Origin: Verrucomicrobiota bacterium
GTDB taxonomy: Bacteria > Verrucomicrobiota > Verrucomicrobiia > Opitutales > UBA953
Direction: 5' to 3'
Length of the DNA: 64,000 nucleotides
Assembly: GCA_039797095.1 (NCBI GenBank)
Contig: JBDKIN010000202.1
Location: forward strand, 2,729 to 66,728
Each line of letters starts with the position of its first letter. The first letter of the stretch is position 1. The notes under the pieces were generated by a model, which did not search any database, had not been told where the DNA came from, and was given only the letters and a program-made list of their open reading frames with translations. The position numbers and the translations under genes are program-made. Below are positions 46,389-55,159 of this stretch, piece by piece.

Positions 46389-49106
46389 TCATTCCAGAAT
46401 GCCGGTGGGTATCTTACCTAAGTCATTATCTTTGTTAGTCTTAACTAAATCTTTGAGCGTCGGAATAGCCTGAGTTTCGGGCTTCGCCAAGGGACCTTTC
46501 AGCTTGATTTTGGTGAGGCTGACCAAGGCCCGGTTCAAATTTATGATGTCGAGTGGGTTAAAACCTTGTTTCCGGGGCAAGGAAAAGTCCCCGACGAAGT
46601 TCAGGGTCATCCCCCGGAGGTCGACTTCCCCGGCCAGGTCCAGCCTGGCCTGGGGGCCGGTGATGGTCATGTCCGGGAAGAAGGCCCTCCCCCCGACGCA
46701 GCCGAATGTGCCGGTTGCCCGGTCCAGTTCGTAGGTGGTGGCCCCGACGCCGACGGCTTCGAGTACGCCCGAGATTCCCCCGAGCAGACGGACTTTCTTC
46801 AGCTCGGGGTCGTTTAAAGTGTAGGTGCCCAGTCCGCGGAGTTCGCGCGGTGCCGCGAGGTCGATCCGGCCTTTGAGGTCGAGGTCCAGTCGGCCCCGTC
46901 CTTCCGCTTCCTTCGTCGGCGCCACCGAAGCTTCGCCGAGGTCTTGCATGATCCGCCCGACCTGGGCCGGATCACAGTTCTTCAAAGAGAGCACGAAGTC
47001 CGGCGCTTGCAAGGGGTCGCCGTTCAGGCGCAGTTCGGCTTCGCCGTCGGCCAGACCGAGGCGGGCGTCGATCCGCATGCCGCCGGCTTGGCTCAGCGTC
47101 GTGACCTTCAGCCCGCGGCCGGCGATGCCCCACGCCTTGAAGGCGCCGTCGCTCTCGATCGTCGTCCGGATGTCGAGGCCTCGCTCGAGCGGCGTGAGTT
47201 CGAGCGCGAAGCGTCGGCCCGCCGGCAGCACGAGTCCTTGGAGCGCGTCGCCGAAACTCTTGCCGGCGCAACGCGCGGCGATCCACGGCTGGAGATCGCC
47301 GGCGGCTTTCACCACCGGGCCGGCCAGCACGCCGGGCTTCGACCAATCCCAGGTCGCACTGCCCTCGACTTCGCCGTCGGCGGCGCTCGTGCCGCCTTGC
47401 AGGCGGTGCAGGCCGATGAGCGTGTGCCGTTCGTCGGCATCGACGCTCACCTCCACGCGACGGAAGGGCGCGCCCATGAAGTCGAAGTTCCGCATCAGCA
47501 CGCGTCCGCGGGTGCGGCTCGTCAGCGCGCCCCAATGTCCTTGGACTTCGATGAACGCATGAGGATTTTCCCGCACGAGGAAGGTGCGCCAAAGGTCGAT
47601 CCACCAATTCCCGAGGACCCGATCGAGGCTGCCGGGCGCGAGTTCGCCGTGGAGCGTCAGGCGGAAGGCGCCGCCTTCGGCGACGGCGCAGTCCGCTTCG
47701 CCGACGACCGAGGCGAGACGCAGGTCGCGCAGTCGCAAGGGCTGTTCGACGCGGCCGGGCAGGAAGTCGAAACGGGTGCGCAGCGGCAGGTCGACGCCCG
47801 GGCTGATCGCCTCGGCGGAAAGTCCGAGTCCGCGGAAACCGGAGAGCCCCGCTTCGCCGCGGGCGCCGAGGAGACGTCCTTCGGGCGTGACGGTGACTTC
47901 GGCTTCGCGCAGGAGCAGGTCGCCCCGCAGGTCGATGCCGGCCGCGAGCAGGACCGGCGCGACCGCCGGGTGCGTCGAGATCTCCCGCCCGGAGATCAGG
48001 GCATGGTCGATGCGCAGCCGTCGGGTGCCGTCCGCAAGGCTCTCTAGCGAACCGCCCCCGACCGAGGCGGCGGTATGCGCACGGAAGCCGAGCGTCCAGG
48101 GTTGCTCCGCGGACCGACGCGCGGCCCGCAGGTTCATCTGCTGGCAGAGGATTTCGCCGATCCGGACATCAGTCAGCTCGGCGTCGGCGACGATCTCGCC
48201 GCGCAGGCCGGCGCCGCGTACGCGCAAGGCGGCGCGGGCGGCCGTCACGGTCGTGCCCTCCCGCCAGGCGGTGGTCTCGGCTTCGCCGGCGAGGCGCCAG
48301 TCCCGGAGAGCTCCGTCGGCCGCGAGCCGGGCCTCGGCGCCCAGCCGGAGGCCGCGTAGACTGATGCGACCGAGCTGTTCGCCGGTCTCTTCGCCCAGGA
48401 GGGCTTGCGCGGAGAGTTCCGCCGTGCCGTCGCTCCGGCCGGAACAACGGATTGTCACCGTCGCGCCGCCCGAGCCCTCTGCGGCGGCGAGCGCGGTGTC
48501 GAGCGCGCCGAGGAAGCCGGCAAGGCGGCGCGGGAGCGGTGCGGCTTCGGTCGTCGCCGGGCCGGCGCGCAGGAGGCCGGCGGGTAGTTCGCCGCTGACA
48601 TGGCAGGTGATCTTGCCTGCGCGCACCTGCGCGATACGGAGGCTGACCCAGCGGCCTTCCTGGGCGACGTCGAGCGTAAGCTCGTCGATGAGGCTGCGTC
48701 GCCTTCCGTCCTGCGCGACGGAAGCCGGGCACCACAGGCGGCCACCGTTCAGGCGTAGGCGGGTCGGCACGATCTCGCCGGCGAGGAGACGGGCCGGATG
48801 CAGCGCGACCTCCGCGCGGGCGGCGGCGAAGATGTCGCCGGTGAGTCCGTCGAAGGCGACCGTGACGTCGTCGGCCGCGAGCGTGAGGTCAGGCAGGACC
48901 CACAGCGCGCGCGCGCGGAAGTCGACGCCTTGGGCGGCGAGCCGTTCGGTGACGGCTTCGGTGACGAAGTCCGGCAACCGCACGGGCCCGTCATGGTCGG
49001 CGAGCCAGGCCAGACCGAGCTGGGCCGGAAGCAGGAGCAATAGGCAGGTGTTCGTCAGCCCGCGCAGGAAGCGACGCAACGGTGAGCTGCCGGGCTGCGC
49101 TTTCAT
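46389..49106 (-). CDS. Large N-terminally anchored envelope protein, AsmA/TamB/YhdP-like (tentative)
   Basis: N-terminal TM helix, approx 850 aa of repetitive beta-rich sequence. C-terminal IKLKGPLAKPETQ resembles the 'G-x-L-x-x-P' end motif of AsmA-like proteins. ATGA overlap with the upstream DUF4340 gene. Confidence 0.45.
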   Translation of the reverse strand: MKAQPGSSPLRRFLRGLTNTCLLLLLPAQLGLAWLADHDGPVRLPDFVTEAVTERLAAQGVDFRARALWVLPDLTLAADDVTVAFDGLTGDIFAAARAEVALHPARLLAGEIVPTRLRLNGGRLWCPASVAQDGRRRSLIDELTLDVAQEGRWVSLRIAQVRAGKITCHVSGELPAGLLRAGPATTEAAPLPRRLAGFLGALDTALAAAEGSGGATVTIRCSGRSDGTAELSAQALLGEETGEQLGRISLRGLRLGAEARLAADGALRDWRLAGEAETTAWREGTTVTAARAALRVRGAGLRGEIVADAELTDVRIGEILCQQMNLRAARRSAEQPWTLGFRAHTAASVGGGSLESLADGTRRLRIDHALISGREISTHPAVAPVLLAAGIDLRGDLLLREAEVTVTPEGRLLGARGEAGLSGFRGLGLSAEAISPGVDLPLRTRFDFLPGRVEQPLRLRDLRLASVVGEADCAVAEGGAFRLTLHGELAPGSLDRVLGNWWIDLWRTFLVRENPHAFIEVQGHWGALTSRTRGRVLMRNFDFMGAPFRRVEVSVDADERHTLIGLHRLQGGTSAADGEVEGSATWDWSKPGVLAGPVVKAAGDLQPWIAARCAGKSFGDALQGLVLPAGRRFALELTPLERGLDIRTTIESDGAFKAWGIAGRGLKVTTLSQAGGMRIDARLGLADGEAELRLNGDPLQAPDFVLSLKNCDPAQVGRIMQDLGEASVAPTKEAEGRGRLDLDLKGRIDLAAPRELRGLGTYTLNDPELKKVRLLGGISGVLEAVGVGATTYELDRATGTFGCVGGRAFFPDMTITGPQARLDLAGEVDLRGMTLNFVGDFSLPRKQGFNPLDIINLNRALVSLTKIKLKGPLAKPETQAIPTLKDLVKTNKDNDLGKIPTGILE

Positions 49107-50938
49107 CTCCCGGCTTCGGTCAGCAGCGGAGCAAGGAGGGCGGCGAGCGTCGGTTCCAGGATGAAGTCGTCATCATCCGTCTCGTCGCGCAGGAGCAGCG
49201 AACGGTCGTTGAGCGGGGCGGAACAGAGGTAGGTCCGGATCGTCTCGCTCGCGGCGCCGGCGCCGGTCGCCGCTTGGTCCGTCACCCGCAGTTCGTAGCT
49301 CCAGCCGCCGGCGCCGACGTCGCGTCCGGGGAAGGCGGTCGCGCGGACTTCGGCGAGCCCCAGGGCGAGCCGGCGCGCGCTGGTCGGATCGAGCCGCCCG
49401 GTGCCGGCCCAGTTGCCGTCCGGCCCGAGGCGGGCCTCGCCGACCACTTTGCCGTCGGCGCGCGCGGTGAGGCGTAGTCCGCTGACACGCGCGCCTTGCG
49501 GCAGGGCGGCCACGGTGCGGCGACGCCACGCGGAGGGTTCGACGTTCTGGTGTCCGCCGTCGAGGAACGTGACGTCACAGGTCGCCGCCAGCGGCGAACC
49601 TTTGGCGTGGACGAGGCGGGTGCCCGCCCCGTTGTCGGGATCGTCGGTGAAGCCGAGTACGATGCGTTCCGCTCCGAATTCGAGTTCGACGGTCTGGCCC
49701 GTCGCGCCGGCGAGCGGCTCGCGGACGGCGGGCAAGGTCAGTCCGCCGTCGACGGCGGGCGCGCGGCGCGTGGCCCGCAGCTGGGAGAGTCCGGCGAGGA
49801 AGCGACCCACGAGCCGCGCATCGGCTTCGCGGCGCTTGGTGGCCGTGGAGCCGGGCGCGACCGGAATCTCCCAGCGCGCGTCTTCGCCGAGTCCGTCGAG
49901 CCGGTGCAGCGTGATGCTGCGGCCGCCGGCGGAGACCGTGAAGCCCGTCACGAGAGACGGATCGAAATCGGCGGGCCGCGTGTCGGCGAGCGTCGCGCGC
50001 GGAGCCATCCATTCCCGCAGCTCGCGCGCCTCGATCAGGAAGACGGCGGCGTTGTCTTCCAGCTTCGCGCAGAGGAGTTGCGGCTGGCCCGGCGCGGGGC
50101 GGCCGACGAGCAGCATCTGACGGCGGGCGTTGCCTTCGAGCGCCAGGCGCAGGGCGGGTGCGCCCAGGCCGGTCGCTTCTTCGGGGAGGTCGGCGAACTT
50201 GGCGACGCGCAGGTTGGCGAGCGCGGTCACGGCGCGGGCGGTGGCGTCGGGATCGGCCGGGGCGTCGTAAGGGGCTTCGAAGCGCCACTCGGGCAGCTGC
50301 ACGCGTCGGCCGACGCGCGGGCGTGCTTCGGCGACGAGCGCCGTGACGGTCTCGACGTCCTTCTCGCGCTGCCGCACCGAGACCGCACGGGCCTCGAAGT
50401 CGGCGATCTCGAAGATACGGTCGACCCGGTAGCTCTCGGCGCTCACGCCCAAGGCCGCGGCCATCGCGTCCGGGAGCGGCACGATGCGCCGGCCGTCTTC
50501 GGTGAGCAGGAAGTGCCGGCGGGTCGAGGGTTGGACGCCGACCTTGACCTCGACGGCGGCGCCGGCGTCACCGGTGACCTTCACGGTCCAGCGCGCCGGA
50601 TCGAGGCCGTAGTCCTTGAGGCTGGCGCCGTTGGCCGTCACCTCGGCGACGTCGAAGCCGCTTTCCGGACTGATGAAGCGGAGTTCGTCGATCAGTCGCT
50701 GCACGGACCAGACGTTGGCCGGCCACTCGAACGGTTCGAGCACGCGCCAACCGGCCGGTCTTTTCTCCAAAAGGACCCGGGTCGGGCCTTCGGCGAGGGC
50801 GATGCGCGCCGGGTTGGCGGGGAAGAGCTGGGTCTGACTGACCGCGGCCGTGGTCTGTCCGGACATGGCGCGCCACACGAGACCGAAGGCGATCAGGTTG
50901 GCGAGCAGGAGGACGACGGTGGTGCGGGAGATCCGCAT
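49103..50938 (-). CDS. DUF4340 domain-containing protein
   Basis: Internal ATG 50938 (MRISRTTVVLLLANLIAFGLV). Position directly after a GldG-like gene is the usual DUF4340 context. Confidence 0.6.
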   Translation of the reverse strand: MRISRTTVVLLLANLIAFGLVWRAMSGQTTAAVSQTQLFPANPARIALAEGPTRVLLEKRPAGWRVLEPFEWPANVWSVQRLIDELRFISPESGFDVAEVTANGASLKDYGLDPARWTVKVTGDAGAAVEVKVGVQPSTRRHFLLTEDGRRIVPLPDAMAAALGVSAESYRVDRIFEIADFEARAVSVRQREKDVETVTALVAEARPRVGRRVQLPEWRFEAPYDAPADPDATARAVTALANLRVAKFADLPEEATGLGAPALRLALEGNARRQMLLVGRPAPGQPQLLCAKLEDNAAVFLIEARELREWMAPRATLADTRPADFDPSLVTGFTVSAGGRSITLHRLDGLGEDARWEIPVAPGSTATKRREADARLVGRFLAGLSQLRATRRAPAVDGGLTLPAVREPLAGATGQTVELEFGAERIVLGFTDDPDNGAGTRLVHAKGSPLAATCDVTFLDGGHQNVEPSAWRRRTVAALPQGARVSGLRLTARADGKVVGEARLGPDGNWAGTGRLDPTSARRLALGLAEVRATAFPGRDVGAGGWSYELRVTDQAATGAGAASETIRTYLCSAPLNDRSLLLRDETDDDDFILEPTLAALLAPLLTEAGR

Positions 50939-50945
50939 GGGCACG

Positions 50946-52454
50946 TCAACTCCTGCGACGCCACACGGAAACCGCAAGCCCGACTGCGAGCACGCCGAGC
51001 GGAATGAGGGCGAAACGCAGGGCCAAGGCCCAGAAGTCGGCGGCGGTCGCGGTCAGCTGATGTTCGCCCCCGGTCCGGGCAGGCAGCGAGACGGCGCGTT
51101 CGCGGTCGCTGAGCCAGGCGGCGGCCTGCGTCAGGAACGCGCGGTTGCCGCCGCGGTCGAGGCGGCTGTTCGCCGCGATCTCGGAGGTGCCGACGACGAC
51201 CAGTCGGCCGCCGGCGCCGCCGACGCCTTGCCGGATGCCGGTCGCGCGTTCCGCCGCGGCGACGACGCAGACCGGGCCGGGCTGGTCGCGCTCCGGGTCG
51301 AAGCGCAGCGGCCGACGGGCGGGGTCCGTCTCGCCCCAGGCGGCGTCCGACGAGAAGACGAGCTGCCACACGCCGAGCGTGCTGTCCGGCGCGCTGCCTT
51401 CGTCGAAGCGGGCGGGGCGGAGCCGGGCGGCGACCAGCGGGAGGTTCTGTTCGCGGAGCGGCTTGGTGAGCGGGTGTTCCTTCGCTTCGAGGCGGAGCAG
51501 GCCGATGTCTCCGTCGGTGGTGCGCCGCGCGGGATCCGGCTCCTGCAACTCCGCGTCGGGAGTGAAGATCGCCCACTCGGAGAGCACCGGCTCGAGGCCG
51601 TGGTCGCGTCCCGGGTCGAGCATGACGAGCACCCGGCCGTTACGTTCCTGCAGGTACTTGCGGAGACGGTCGTTTTCCGCGGCGGAGAAAGGCGTCACCG
51701 GACCCGGCACGAACACCATCGAGGCGTCGCGGGGGACTTCGCTCACCGTGGCGAGGTCGAGCGGCCGGACCTCGAAGTTGCGGTTGCGGAGCTGACGGGA
51801 GAGGAGCGACATCCCGCGCACGGGCGAGGCATCCTCGACGCCGAGTTCGCCGTGTCCCTTGGTCACGTAGCACACGGCGGGCTTGTCTTCGGTGACTTCG
51901 ATCAGGGCGGAGGTCACCGCTTCTTCGCCGCGGAAGGCGCCCTCCTTGGTCACGAAGTCCCGGTAGCTGAGGTATTTCGCCCGCCCGCCGCAGGCGAGCA
52001 CGAGCACGACCGTGGCGTCCGGCGCGCCGTGACGGCCGGCGAGTTCGGAGAGGAGGGGCGCGTTGCGACCGTCGCCGGCCTGCTCGACGGCGAGCCAGCT
52101 GCCGCCTTGGCGGCCGGTCTCGACGACGTAAGCGTCGAGCAGCTTGTTCAGGCGGGCGCGCAGGTAACGGGCTTCATCGGCCTGCTCGCTCGTCAGCACG
52201 ACGGCGCGGACCCAGCCGCGGGCGCGGCCGGCGCCCACGGGGCTGCGTCGGCCCGCGGCGCGTACGGTCTCGACCGATTCCGGGGCGAGCGAGTGGCGGC
52301 GGTCGGCGGAGATGTCGCGGCGGAGGCGGAATTCGGGCAGCGAGGCCAGCGTGTTCACGGCCACCGCGAGGGCGATCGCCAGCAGCGCCTGCGTGAGGCG
52401 GTTCAGCCGGCGGATGGGCCGGACGGAGCCGAAGTCGTCGCGCGGGGGGCTCAT
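50946..52454 (-). CDS. GldG-like ABC-transport auxiliary component (ABC_transp_aux family)
   Basis: N- and C-terminal TM helices and a VCYVTKGHGE block. Position after the ABC-2 permease. Confidence 0.7.
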   Translation of the reverse strand: MSPPRDDFGSVRPIRRLNRLTQALLAIALAVAVNTLASLPEFRLRRDISADRRHSLAPESVETVRAAGRRSPVGAGRARGWVRAVVLTSEQADEARYLRARLNKLLDAYVVETGRQGGSWLAVEQAGDGRNAPLLSELAGRHGAPDATVVLVLACGGRAKYLSYRDFVTKEGAFRGEEAVTSALIEVTEDKPAVCYVTKGHGELGVEDASPVRGMSLLSRQLRNRNFEVRPLDLATVSEVPRDASMVFVPGPVTPFSAAENDRLRKYLQERNGRVLVMLDPGRDHGLEPVLSEWAIFTPDAELQEPDPARRTTDGDIGLLRLEAKEHPLTKPLREQNLPLVAARLRPARFDEGSAPDSTLGVWQLVFSSDAAWGETDPARRPLRFDPERDQPGPVCVVAAAERATGIRQGVGGAGGRLVVVGTSEIAANSRLDRGGNRAFLTQAAAWLSDRERAVSLPARTGGEHQLTATAADFWALALRFALIPLGVLAVGLAVSVWRRRS

Positions 52455-52455
52455 G

Positions 52456-53217
52456 TCATTCCTGGCCCTCCACGGTGAGCACCGCCAAGCCGAGGCAGAG
52501 CAGGGTGCCGGTGCCGTACAGCACGAGCGGACGCGCGTCGAGGACGCCGTCGGTGAAATCCTGCAGGTGGCCGAACGTCCGCAGGTGCGCCGCCGGTTCG
52601 CGCAGCCAGCCGAGCCATTCCCAGCTTTCGATCGGCAACGTCTCGAGCGCGCCGCCCGCGGCCGTCAGCGCCAGCAGGCTGATGAAGGCGAGCAACGCCG
52701 CCAGCGCCGCGGAACGCGTCACGCAGCTGCAGAGGATCCCGATCGCGACATGCAGGAGGCCGCTCACCGCGATGAAGCAGAGGCCGCCCCATAGCGCGGA
52801 GGCTTCGCCGAGCGCGCGGGCGTTCGCGCCGTCCAGCCGCTGCGCGGCGAGGAACGGGAAGGCGGCGAAGGCCAGCCAGAACAGCGCCCAGACGATCCAG
52901 ACCGCGAGGAACTTCGCCCAGACCACGGCGGCGGGGCTCGCCGGCGTGGTGAGCAGCGCCGCGAGCGTGCCCGAGCGGCGTTCCTCGGCGAACGTCCGCA
53001 TCGTCAGCAGCGGCAGCACGCAGAGCAGCGGCAGCCAGAAGAACCAGAGCGTCGCCTCCACGGGCGACCGCGGGGCCGGCGCGCGCGCGGCGTCGACGAG
53101 CGCGAAGAAATGGATGCCGCCCATCAGCGCGAGGAAGAGGCCGGCGGCCGCCCAGGTGTTCCAGGAGAGCGCCGCGCTGCGCAGCTCGTGCGCAAGGAGC
53201 GTGCGGAAGTGTCGCAT
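52456..53217 (-). CDS. ABC-2 family transporter permease (GldF-like)
   Basis: Six predicted TM helices. 1-nt start/stop overlap (TGATG) with the ATPase gene. Confidence 0.75.
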   Translation of the reverse strand: MRHFRTLLAHELRSAALSWNTWAAAGLFLALMGGIHFFALVDAARAPAPRSPVEATLWFFWLPLLCVLPLLTMRTFAEERRSGTLAALLTTPASPAAVVWAKFLAVWIVWALFWLAFAAFPFLAAQRLDGANARALGEASALWGGLCFIAVSGLLHVAIGILCSCVTRSAALAALLAFISLLALTAAGGALETLPIESWEWLGWLREPAAHLRTFGHLQDFTDGVLDARPLVLYGTGTLLCLGLAVLTVEGQE

Positions 53218-54203
53218 CAGGAGCGGCGGCCCTCCCCGGGGGCGCGGCGCGTGGCGGCGAGGAAGATGTCCTCGAGTCCGAACCGTTCTTCGGCGATCTC
53301 GCGCAGCGCGAGCCCCGCGCCGATGAGCGCGCCGGCGAGCGTCTCGCGCGCGGGCGAGCCGACGGGCAAGGTGACGCGGAAGGTGTTCCAGCCGTCGGCG
53401 GAAGCGGCGGCGACGACGGCGGCCGCGGGTTCGGCGGCGCGGCAGGCGGCGAGCAGCGTGGCCTCGTCGGCGCGCGTCACGACGGTGAATGCGGCCTCCG
53501 GCAGCAGTTCGCGGCGCAGGTCTTCGGTGCGGCCTTGGGCCACCAGCCGGCCGCGGTTGATGATGACGACCTTGTCGCAGACCTGTTCGACCTCATGCAG
53601 GATGTGGCTCGAGATGAGCACGGCCATCTTGCCGCGGAGCGAGCGGATCAGCTCGCGGATGCCGAGGATCTGGTGCGGGTCGAGCCCGATGGTCGGTTCG
53701 TCCAGGATGACGACGCGCGGCTCCGCAAGGAGGGCGTCCGCGATGCCGACGCGCTGGCGGAAACCTTTCGAGAGCTGGCCGATGAGCCGGCCCGACGCGC
53801 GGCGCGTGAGGTCGCAGTCTTCCATCACGCGGCGCACGCGTTCGGCGACCCGGTCCGGCGCGACGTCCTTGAGGCGCGCGCGCAGGGTGAGGTATTCCTC
53901 CACGCGGAGGTCCTCCGGCAGCGGATTATTCTCCGGCATGTACGCGAGGTGACGTTTCGCGCCGGCGGGATCGAGCGCGACGGAGACGCCCCAGATGGCC
54001 GCGCGGCCCGAGGTGCCGGACATCGTGCCGGCCAGGATGCGCATGGTGGTCGACTTGCCGGCGCCGTTCGGGCCGAGGAAGCCGACGATCTCGCCCGGCG
54101 CCACGGAGAAGCTCAGGTCCTCGACCGCGGTCAGGGAGCCATAGCGCTTGGTCAGCCTTTCTGCCACGACGGCGGCTTCCGGCAGAGGCGCGGCTTCGTT
54201 CAT
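53217..54203 (-). CDS. ABC transporter ATP-binding protein (GldA/CcmA-like)
   Basis: Walker A GPNGAGKST, signature LSKGFRQR, Walker B VILDEP, H-loop SSHIL. C-terminal accessory domain. Confidence 0.9.
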   Translation of the reverse strand: MNEAAPLPEAAVVAERLTKRYGSLTAVEDLSFSVAPGEIVGFLGPNGAGKSTTMRILAGTMSGTSGRAAIWGVSVALDPAGAKRHLAYMPENNPLPEDLRVEEYLTLRARLKDVAPDRVAERVRRVMEDCDLTRRASGRLIGQLSKGFRQRVGIADALLAEPRVVILDEPTIGLDPHQILGIRELIRSLRGKMAVLISSHILHEVEQVCDKVVIINRGRLVAQGRTEDLRRELLPEAAFTVVTRADEATLLAACRAAEPAAAVVAAASADGWNTFRVTLPVGSPARETLAGALIGAGLALREIAEERFGLEDIFLAATRRAPGEGRRS

Positions 54204-54338
54204 GGGTTGGGCTCCGGAGGGAAGGGTGACGGCCTCGTCGGCTCCGTGCCGACGGGTGTCCAGAAGACACGCCTAACGGCCTTTATTGGCAAGGTTATTA
54301 GGGGCTCGGCCGGAGCCGGAGGCCGCCGGACCGAAGCC

Positions 54339-55061
54339 TTACTTGCCGGCCGGGGCGACGGGAGCGATCAGCGAAGGCTCGGAGCGGACCAGCATCTCCT
54401 TGTCGGCTTTCCAGACGTGGTTGGCCCGAAGTTTCTTGTCCATCGCGTTGAGCCACTTGGTGGCTTCGGCGGTGTCACCCTTGGCGACGGCGACGTTGGC
54501 CAGGGTGAGCATGGCGAAACCGCGCAGGGTCTCGGCGGCGGAGACGTCATCGGCGACCTCGGCAAGGGCCTTGGTCGCGCCGGCGTCACCGGTTTCCAGA
54601 CGGCACAGGGCAGAGTAAAGGCGGGCGCGGGCGGCGAGGGCGGAGACCGCCGGGGTGTTGCCGGCGAGGCTGGCCAGGCGACGGGCTTCGTCGTAGGCCT
54701 TGGCGGCGTCGGCGAACTTGCCGGCTCGCTTGAGATCATCGGCGACGTCGGTCAGGGCGACGGCGGCGAGAGGTTCACCGGCATGGCGACCAGCGAAGGC
54801 CCGGCGGGCGGCTTCGTCCTGGCAGGCGGTGAATTCTTCGCCGAGGGCTTCGCGCTGGCTTTCGTTCCAGAAGAAAAAGGCGAGGTAGCCGAGGATGCCG
54901 ACCACGACGGCCACGGTGGCCTTGACGATCACGCCCTGGTTGCGCTCCCAGAAGAGCCAGAGACGGTCTTCGGCGTCCGCATTGACGAAATCCTCGTCGA
55001 CGACCACGAGGTTGCGGTCATCGCCGGCCGGGGGCTGCTTGCTGGAACGGTCTTCGGGCAT
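54339..55061 (-). CDS. Bitopic TPR-like protein (YfgM-like)
   Basis: Cytoplasmic N-terminus, one TM helix (VAVVVGILGYLAFFFW), then an Ala-rich helical-repeat periplasmic domain. Confidence 0.45.
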   Translation of the reverse strand: MPEDRSSKQPPAGDDRNLVVVDEDFVNADAEDRLWLFWERNQGVIVKATVAVVVGILGYLAFFFWNESQREALGEEFTACQDEAARRAFAGRHAGEPLAAVALTDVADDLKRAGKFADAAKAYDEARRLASLAGNTPAVSALAARARLYSALCRLETGDAGATKALAEVADDVSAAETLRGFAMLTLANVAVAKGDTAEATKWLNAMDKKLRANHVWKADKEMLVRSEPSLIAPVAPAGK

Positions 55062-55159
55062 GGGGGGTCAACCCTTGGGAAAGGACCGTTTGTGTCAACC
55101 CCCGCCTCCCCCGCCTACGGGCTTGTCCCCGCCCCCGGGGAGGCAAGTATGGGGGACAC

